A DNA stretch of 64,000 nt from Syntrophorhabdaceae bacterium (GTDB lineage: Bacteria > Desulfobacterota > Syntrophorhabdia > Syntrophorhabdales > Syntrophorhabdaceae), in assembly GCA_963665295.1 (NCBI GenBank), contig OY762209.1, forward strand, positions 1,664,001-1,728,000. The letters run 5' to 3'. Positions within the stretch are counted from its first letter, which is position 1. Every line of letters begins with the position of its first letter. A program made the position numbers and the translations under genes. The notes under the pieces were generated by a model. The model had not been told where the DNA came from and ran no database searches. It worked only from the letters and a program-made list of their open reading frames with translations. Positions 57,632-64,000 of the stretch are shown in pieces.

Positions 57632-58564
57632 ATGAAAGCCGTCGTCAGTGAAGAGTCGTGCCGTAAAGGCGGGAATGGTAAAAACGGAGTCAGCGCCCGG
57701 CTCCGGCGCGTACCGGGCGCGCTTCTCTGCCTCTTCGCGTGCCTCATGGCGGTGGCAGTCCACTGCGCCGCTGCCGCGAGGGCCGTTCCCCAAAGAATAG
57801 TCTCGTGCGGCCCGGCAATTACGGAGAAACTCTATCTCCTCGGCGTGGAGAAAAACATCGCAGGGGTCACCGTTTATTGTCAGAGACCCTATGAAGCACG
57901 GGAGAAACCCAAGGTCGGGAGCGTGACCCAAATAAACGTAGAAAAGGTGGCAGCCTTGAGGCCCGACCTCGTACTTGCCACCTCCCTCACCGACCCCTGT
58001 TCCGTCAGGAGACTAAAGAGCCTGAGGTTAAGGGTGGTCGTCTTCAAGGAGCCCAAGTCCTTTGAGGAGATGAATGAGCAGTTCGTGGAAATGGGCAGGC
58101 TCACGGGAAAGGAGCACGTTGCCCTGGAGATTGTCCGGGCAAGCCGGAAGCAGGTAGGGCATATCAGGGCAGGAGTCAAAAAGCTCACGAGACCGAGGGT
58201 TTTCATTCAGGTAGGGGCAAATCCCCTCTTTACCGCCTCGAAAGAGTCTCTTTTTAACGACTTCCTCGAATTCTCCGGCGGCATCAACGTCGCTCAAGAT
58301 TCCAAGGGAGGATTCTATAGCAGGGAGCAGGTACTCACCGGTAACCCCGATATCATCCTCATAGTTGCAATGGAAGGCCCCGTAGCGGATAGAGAGAAAA
58401 CGAGATGGCAGAGATTTGACACGGTAAAGGCGGTGAGGGATCGCGCGGTGTACGTGATGGACCCTTATAAGATGTGCAGTCCTACTCCGGTTAGCTTTGT
58501 GGAAGCCCTGGAGACCGTGGCAAATCTTCTTCATCCGGGACGCGGGAAAGGGGGCGAACAGTGA
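57632..58564 (+). CDS. btuF: Cobalamin ABC transporter substrate-binding protein
   Basis: PQRIVS..PAITE.LY.LG, VT.YC..P, NVEK..ALRPDLV. Start uncertain. Confidence 0.82.
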   Translation: MKAVVSEESCRKGGNGKNGVSARLRRVPGALLCLFACLMAVAVHCAAAARAVPQRIVSCGPAITEKLYLLGVEKNIAGVTVYCQRPYEAREKPKVGSVTQINVEKVAALRPDLVLATSLTDPCSVRRLKSLRLRVVVFKEPKSFEEMNEQFVEMGRLTGKEHVALEIVRASRKQVGHIRAGVKKLTRPRVFIQVGANPLFTASKESLFNDFLEFSGGINVAQDSKGGFYSREQVLTGNPDIILIVAMEGPVADREKTRWQRFDTVKAVRDRAVYVMDPYKMCSPTPVSFVEALETVANLLHPGRGKGGEQ

Positions 58565-59577
58565 CAAGAAAGCGCACTCGGCATATCGCTGTAATCCTGA
58601 TTCTCTTCCTTATGCTTATCGGGGTATCTCTTCTCTCTCTGTCCACGGGGGCCGCACCCATTTCTCCGGGACAGATCGTCCCTTTGCTTGTGAACGGCCA
58701 GGGGAGTCCGGCCTACAGCATACTCGTCGATATCCGCCTGCCCCGCTTGGTCCTCGGGTTCGCGGTAGGCGGGGCACTGAGCCTCGCCGGAGTGATCCTT
58801 CAGGGTATGTTTCGTAACAGTCTGGTTGAGCCCTATACTTTAGGCATATCGGGCGGAGCGGCCTCAGGGGTCTCGGTGACGACCGTCCTGGGGCTCGGTC
58901 ATGTTCTCGGCCTCTATGCTCTTCCCATCTCAGGGTTCGCGGGCGGCCTCCTGGTGATCCTGTTCCTGTACTCGGCGGGCACCAGGAGGGGAACCCTCAA
59001 GGCCCCGAGCCTCCTCCTCACCGGGGTCATGGTAAACTTCATCTCTTCTTCTTTTGTCCTTCTTATTATGTCGGTCTCCAGGGCCGAAGACCTCCATGAT
59101 ATTCTCTTTTGGATCATGGGTTCCCTCGGGGAGACGGACCGGATCCTCGTGATCCTTGCTTTATGTGCCGCCCTTTCGGGATTGGCGGTCTCCTGTTTCT
59201 TCTCGGTGAGCCTCAATGCTTTGGCTTTGGGCGAGGAGGAGGCGCTCCATCTGGGCATCAACGTGGAAAGGACAAAACGGGCGGTCCTTGTTGTCGCGTC
59301 TCTCCTCACCGGAGTCTCGGTCTCTATCTCCGGGGCTATCGGGTTTGTAGGGCTCGTCGTGCCCCATTTTGTTCGCATGTGCGTGGGCGTGGACCACCGG
59401 ATCGTGATGACCGGTTCCTTCCTGTCAGGGGCGGTCTTCCTGATCCTTTGCGATACGGTGGCGAGGACCGTAGCCCTGCCCATGGAGTTGCCGGTGGGCG
59501 CAATAACGGGGATCCTCGGCGGCCTTCTCTTCATTTATGCGCTCGCAAAAAACGAATTGTCCATAGGGAGGCAATAG
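58561..59577 (+). CDS. btuC: FecCD/BtuC family permease
   Basis: IRLPR, QGMFRN.L.EP..LGISGGA, GEEEA..LG, G.IGFVGL.VPH. Confidence 0.88.
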   Translation: MTRKRTRHIAVILILFLMLIGVSLLSLSTGAAPISPGQIVPLLVNGQGSPAYSILVDIRLPRLVLGFAVGGALSLAGVILQGMFRNSLVEPYTLGISGGAASGVSVTTVLGLGHVLGLYALPISGFAGGLLVILFLYSAGTRRGTLKAPSLLLTGVMVNFISSSFVLLIMSVSRAEDLHDILFWIMGSLGETDRILVILALCAALSGLAVSCFFSVSLNALALGEEEALHLGINVERTKRAVLVVASLLTGVSVSISGAIGFVGLVVPHFVRMCVGVDHRIVMTGSFLSGAVFLILCDTVARTVALPMELPVGAITGILGGLLFIYALAKNELSIGRQ

Positions 59578-60380
59578 TGCTTGAGATACGCAACGTTACG
59601 TGTGGTTATGGAAAAGAACCGGTCCTTCGGGATCTGAGTGTGAAGGTAGGGGCGGGAGAATTCGTCGCAATTCTGGGACCGAACGGCTCCGGAAAGACAA
59701 CGCTCATGAGGGCTCTCTCCAGGGTGATAAGGCCCGTCAAGGGTCTTATTCTCTTCAATGGTCGGGATATGGGAGAAATGAGCTTCGGGGCGTTTGCGCG
59801 GAAGATTGCGGTGGTAAGCAACCTCCGGGATGCGGATCTCCCCATGTCGGTTGAAGAGTTGGTGCTTCTGGGGAGAATACCCCACCGGGCAGGGCCGGCG
59901 TTGTGGGAGACAGAGGAAGACCTCCGGCATGTTCATCACGCCATGACCCTTACCGGCACCTCAGGGTTCAAAAGACGGCGGGTCGATACCCTGAGCAGCG
60001 GAGAGAGGCAGATGGTTTCCATCGCCCGGGCCCTGGCCCAGGAACCGAGCCTTCTTCTGCTCGATGAACCGACAAGTCATCTCGACATAGCCCATCAGGG
60101 CAAGGTAATGGACCTCGTCAGGAGACTCAATCGGGAAGGGGCGCTTACCGTGGTCACCGTCCTTCACGATCTCAACCTGGCAAGCCAATACTGCGACAGG
60201 CTCCTTCTTTTGAAAGGAGGCTCCATGGTAAAGGACGGCCCTCCGGGAAAAGTGTTGACCGATGAGATTATACGGCACGTTTATGGAATCCCGGCAAAAG
60301 TCGTTGATAGTCCATCGCCAGAGAGGCCCTATGTTCTGCTTGTCCCGGAAACCCGCGATGCGGGTCTTTATAGACGGTGA
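59577..60380 (+). CDS. btuD: Cobalamin/Fe-siderophore ABC ATPase
   Basis: GPNGSGKTT, LSSGERQ, LLDEPTSHLD, LHDLNLA. GTG start overlapping the btuC stop. Confidence 0.88.
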   Translation: MLEIRNVTCGYGKEPVLRDLSVKVGAGEFVAILGPNGSGKTTLMRALSRVIRPVKGLILFNGRDMGEMSFGAFARKIAVVSNLRDADLPMSVEELVLLGRIPHRAGPALWETEEDLRHVHHAMTLTGTSGFKRRRVDTLSSGERQMVSIARALAQEPSLLLLDEPTSHLDIAHQGKVMDLVRRLNREGALTVVTVLHDLNLASQYCDRLLLLKGGSMVKDGPPGKVLTDEIIRHVYGIPAKVVDSPSPERPYVLLVPETRDAGLYRR

Positions 60381-60498
60381 GTTTCAACGCTTCCTCTTCG
60401 TCAATGGTGATGCCCACCTTTTCCTGATCGGCAAGGAGACTTCTTCCCGGCTTTGGATAAGGCGGCGGTCTTTCTCTTTGCGGGTCAGGTGACCCCCA

Positions 60499-61023
60499 TC
60501 ACCACTCGATGCCTTTCCGGGCCTTTACACCGGAGTTGTAAGGGTGTTTTACTTCACACATCTCGGTGACGAGGTCCGCCGTTTCCATGAGGCGCTTCGG
60601 GGCGTCCCGGCCCGTGACGAGCACGTTCAGGTTCCCGGGCCTGTTGCGGAGGACTTCCAGAGCCTCATCTTCGCTTAGCATGCCGTAGTTGATGACGTAG
60701 GTGAATTCATCGAGGATCACGAGGTGGTGGCGTCCCGCGGCAATGATCGATTTCGCGAGGTTCCATCCGTCCCGGGCCGCCTGGCGGTCCTTGTCAAGGT
60801 CGTCCGATTTCCAGGTAAAACCGTGGCCCGTAACGTGGACCTCGAGGAGATCTTTAAACCGTTCGGCGCTTATCAATTCCCCGTATTTCCAACTGCCCTT
60901 GATGAACTGTATCACGCACACTTTCAGGCCGTGGCCCATTGCGCGGAATGCGAGGCCCAGGGCCGCGGTGGTCTTGCCCTTGCCGTTGCCCGTATGCACC
61001 ATCAATAATCCTTTGTTTGCCAT
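60499..61023 (-). CDS. cobO: Cob(I)yrinic acid a,c-diamide adenosyltransferase
   Basis: TGNGKGKTTAA.G, QFIKG, ILDE, TGR.AP, ADLVTEM..VKHP...G..A.KGIE. Confidence 0.95.
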   Translation of the reverse strand: MANKGLLMVHTGNGKGKTTAALGLAFRAMGHGLKVCVIQFIKGSWKYGELISAERFKDLLEVHVTGHGFTWKSDDLDKDRQAARDGWNLAKSIIAAGRHHLVILDEFTYVINYGMLSEDEALEVLRNRPGNLNVLVTGRDAPKRLMETADLVTEMCEVKHPYNSGVKARKGIEW

Positions 61024-61052
61024 TGTTTTTGTCCTCTCCCGTTATATTTCCG

Positions 61053-62519
61053 CTACTTTTCCTTTACGCCGTTGATCCCCGCGATGCGCCCGAAGACGAT
61101 GCAATCGGGAATGGCGTTTCCCCCGAGTCTGTTTGACCCGTGGACGCCGCCCGCCACTTCGCCCGCCGCGTAGAGCCTCGGTATGGGCCTGCCCTGGATA
61201 TCGATCACCCGGGCGTTCCGGTCGATCCTCAAGCCCCCCATGCAGTGATGGATGGCGGGCCACTGGGCGATCGCATAAAAGGGTCCTTCCGTGAGGAGGA
61301 CCATGGCGCCTGTCATGGGCTTATTAAACCACGGGTCTTTGCCTTCCGCGACGCAGGTGTTGTGTTTTACCATGGAATCGTGAAGGGCCTCCGTGGGCAT
61401 GCCGAGCCTGAGGGCAATCCCGGTGATGGTCTCTGTCATTGTCACTCGTCCCCTTGCCACCCCGCTTCGCACCTCCCGGGGGGACACGGCGAGTTTGTCG
61501 AATATCGCGTCGTTGAGGACCGCGTATGTCGGTCTTCCCTCTGACATGACCTGGGCGTTCGAGACCGCGTCGCGGCGGTCCAGTTCATTTACGAACCTCT
61601 CGCCCCGGCCGTTTACGTAGAAGAGTCCGTAACCCGTGCCCGAGTAAGCATGGAGGGCGAAGGAGTCGATGGCGCCCGTTTCCGGCTCCGCGCAGGGGAA
61701 GAGCTGGACGAATTCCATGTGGAGCACGTCCGCGCCTATGGCCCTCGCGTACCGGATGATCTCACCCGTGGCGCCCCGGTGGTTCGTGCAGCCGTAACCT
61801 GCCGTGAGGCTCGGGTTGAAGTCCATCCGCATCTTCACGTCCTGTGCGAACCCTCCGGACGCGAGGATGAGGGCCCGCCCGATCCTGATGTTCTTCTTCT
61901 GCCCGCCTGTGGCCACCTCTACCCCGAGGACAGGCCCCCCGCAGCCCTTGCGATGGATGCGGGTGACTTCCTTGCCCAGGCGGATCTCCGCGCCGCGGCT
62001 CAGGGCAAGCTTCCTGAGGGGGTCGGTGAAACCTCTGCCCGATGACCGGGATTCGAGGTGGCTCCGGTGGGCCGAATGGCCTCCTATGCGCGGGAGTGTC
62101 TCCCGAAGGCTCGCCCCGGCGTCGATGAGCCAGTTAAGACCGTCGGGCGCTCCTTTCACCATCACCTCCGCCAAAGCGGGGATGCTGTAATAGTCCCCGC
62201 CCTTCAAGGTGTCCGCAAGGTGTAACTGCCACCCGTCATCACCGAGGCCGAGTTTCTGCCTGAGATGGAGCTTGCTGTCGGAGGCGCAGTAGCCACCGCC
62301 GGATATGAGGGAGTTGCCTCCGTATCTCCGCATTTTTTCGAGGACCACTACCCCGGCGCCCGCCCCTGCTGCCTCGGCAGCTGCGGCGAGACCGGCAAAA
62401 CCCGAGCCCACCACGACTATATCGACCTCTTCATCCCACAGTTCCGGGATTTTGCCTGTGGTGTCGCCTTCCTTTGTTCGTCTTGGGACCTGCCTCTTCA
62501 TACGCTCCTTTTCCGGCAA
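61053..62519 (-). CDS. Flavocytochrome-c-family flavoprotein (fumarate/urocanate reductase superfamily), no heme domain or export signal
   Basis: VVGSGFAGLAAA, GGNSLISGG, GGHS..R, LASGGF, RFVNELDRRD, HHCMGG, LYAAGE..GG.HG.NRLGGNA. Start uncertain (62501 or 62519). Confidence 0.88.
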   Translation of the reverse strand: MPEKERMKRQVPRRTKEGDTTGKIPELWDEEVDIVVVGSGFAGLAAAAEAAGAGAGVVVLEKMRRYGGNSLISGGGYCASDSKLHLRQKLGLGDDGWQLHLADTLKGGDYYSIPALAEVMVKGAPDGLNWLIDAGASLRETLPRIGGHSAHRSHLESRSSGRGFTDPLRKLALSRGAEIRLGKEVTRIHRKGCGGPVLGVEVATGGQKKNIRIGRALILASGGFAQDVKMRMDFNPSLTAGYGCTNHRGATGEIIRYARAIGADVLHMEFVQLFPCAEPETGAIDSFALHAYSGTGYGLFYVNGRGERFVNELDRRDAVSNAQVMSEGRPTYAVLNDAIFDKLAVSPREVRSGVARGRVTMTETITGIALRLGMPTEALHDSMVKHNTCVAEGKDPWFNKPMTGAMVLLTEGPFYAIAQWPAIHHCMGGLRIDRNARVIDIQGRPIPRLYAAGEVAGGVHGSNRLGGNAIPDCIVFGRIAGINGVKEK

Positions 62520-62565
62520 CGGCCGCTCCCTCCGGGCGGCCTCACCGTATCATAATATCACCATA

Positions 62566-63933
62566 TTACTCCAGGAGGAGTAAAGGGATCAGTCTCCTTA
62601 TATCGTCCATCCTTTCGAGGTGGTCCACGGAGGTGATGATGTTTTCGACCTTGTCCTCGGGAAAGGGTTTCGTCGCGAATGCGACGCAGTCCCGGAACCT
62701 CCGCCCCTGCTCTTCGTCGGTGAGGGGCCTTTCCGGGAAGCCGGGGGCAAAATCTATCTTCCTCACATACTCCTTTCCCCCCTTCGTGAGGACCCGCATA
62801 TCAAGGGGTGTATGGCCCCTGAGTTCCATGATGGGGTCGGAAATCACCTCGACCTTTTCAGAGAGTTTCAGGACCTCGGGGTTCCTTATGGCGGACTCCT
62901 CGAAATGGGCGAGTTTCGACCCCTTCCTCACGAGGGCGTTGGCCACGCAGTAGCGGATGCTGAACTGGGCATTTACCTTGGGGTTGCTGCCCACCTCGAA
63001 AGGATGGCCTACGAGCTTGTATGTGTAGGGCGGCACAATAACCTCTACACGTTCCACGTCGGAGGCCCTGAACCCTTCCTCTCTCATGAGGTCCAGGATT
63101 AGGTCCGTGCTTCCCTGGGTGAGCCCGCAACTCGGATATTTTTTGAACACCAGTTTGGTAACCTCGTGGGATGCGCCGAGGCCCGTGAGTACCCTCTCCG
63201 GGGAGAGGCGGTCCCTGCCGAAGAGATGAAAATAACCGTATACCCCTTCGAGGAAATTTGCAGGGCCCGTGATGCCGAGCCCCGCGAGGCGGGCGCAGGT
63301 GACGCCGCTTTCCGCGACCCAGCCCTCGATCACCCTCACCGCGAGAGACCCGTCCACATTCGCCTGAAAGCTGCCTCCGCACCTGTTGAAGGCAAGGGCC
63401 AGGGCATTCCAGGTCTCCTTTTCGGAAAGGTGAAGCATCCTTGAGGCTGCGGCTGTTGCCGCGAAGACAACGCAGACGCCCGTGGGATCGAACCCGTCAT
63501 ACTCGGTTTCCCCCAGGTTAAGCCTCACCGCGATTTCAGTGCCCGCGGCAACGGCGGCAAGGAAGTCCCTGCCCCTCGCCCCTCCCGCCAACTCGGCCGC
63601 GGCCAGGGCAGCCGGGACCGTGGCCGAACCGATGTGGGCCCCCGGGGCAAGGGCGTCGCAGAAGTCCAGGGCGCGGCCCATGACGCCGTTCACAAAGGCG
63701 GCCTGGGGGGCCGGAACCTTGCCCCCATGGACGAGGATAGATGCCTCTTCCCTGCCTCCCACCTCTTTCGCCAATCTCATCACCGTTTCGCAACCCTCGG
63801 CGAAAGCCCCGGCGATCGTGGTGCCGAGGACGGCGAGGACCTGGTTTTTGATCACCTTCAGGACCGCCGACGGTAGATCGTCGAAGGCGGAGCGGCACAC
63901 ATACTCCACAACCTTCCGTTCCGTTTCCATCAT
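62566..63933 (-). CDS. MmgE/PrpD family protein
   Basis: AAFVNG..GRALDFCD, AH.G..VPAALA, G.TGP..FLEG..G, KKYPSC, AQFS..YC.A.AL, G.PE.PLT. Confidence 0.9.
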   Translation of the reverse strand: MMETERKVVEYVCRSAFDDLPSAVLKVIKNQVLAVLGTTIAGAFAEGCETVMRLAKEVGGREEASILVHGGKVPAPQAAFVNGVMGRALDFCDALAPGAHIGSATVPAALAAAELAGGARGRDFLAAVAAGTEIAVRLNLGETEYDGFDPTGVCVVFAATAAASRMLHLSEKETWNALALAFNRCGGSFQANVDGSLAVRVIEGWVAESGVTCARLAGLGITGPANFLEGVYGYFHLFGRDRLSPERVLTGLGASHEVTKLVFKKYPSCGLTQGSTDLILDLMREEGFRASDVERVEVIVPPYTYKLVGHPFEVGSNPKVNAQFSIRYCVANALVRKGSKLAHFEESAIRNPEVLKLSEKVEVISDPIMELRGHTPLDMRVLTKGGKEYVRKIDFAPGFPERPLTDEEQGRRFRDCVAFATKPFPEDKVENIITSVDHLERMDDIRRLIPLLLLE

Positions 63934-64000
63934 CTGCCCCCTGCGGTGTTCACGGATTTTCTCTTCATACCATCCTCCTTGAGTACTTATCGGCATGCGG

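Noticed and set aside
61053..62519. Annotation as fumarate reductase (frdA/fccA)
   Set aside because: The substrate-binding His position is Phe, and there are no Fe-S or anchor subunits and no heme motifs.

Overview
A 64-kb, gene-dense, moderately GC-rich chromosomal segment. The gene content (THF-dependent histidine catabolism, many PAS, HD-GYP and hybrid-kinase genes, GGGtGRT, NikR/CooT, a B12 riboswitch) suggests an anaerobic Gram-negative bacterium, probably a deltaproteobacterial (Desulfobacterota/Syntrophorhabdaceae-like) lineage; this is inference only. From left to right: hut genes (hutU partial, ftcD, hutI, fchA) running into a Liv-type ABC importer; an amidinotransferase behind a two-SBP/three-component signalling cluster; an archaeal-type FEN-1; Cache, UPF0182, GGDEF, DedA and HD-GYP genes; a three-gene Mu-like relic (S24 repressor, gam, mor) with no transposase or virion genes; tpx; pentapeptide and Gly-rich secreted proteins; a coupled operon of a MoxR/CbbQ-type AAA+ ATPase, a 37-aa tandem-repeat protein and an HExxH+vWA protein behind a perfect 14-bp inverted repeat (best candidate for an undescribed system); HD-GYP; a metallophosphoesterase with degenerate metal motifs; glgP; a hybrid kinase; the GGGtGRT/NifU-like pair; a NikR-controlled TonB/ABC metal-uptake locus ending in cooT; a cobalamin riboswitch with btuBFCD; cobO; a non-fumarate flavin reductase; and an MmgE/PrpD protein. 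I saw no rRNA, tRNA, CRISPR array, integrase or transposase. All calls come from motif recognition by eye; no database searches were run.
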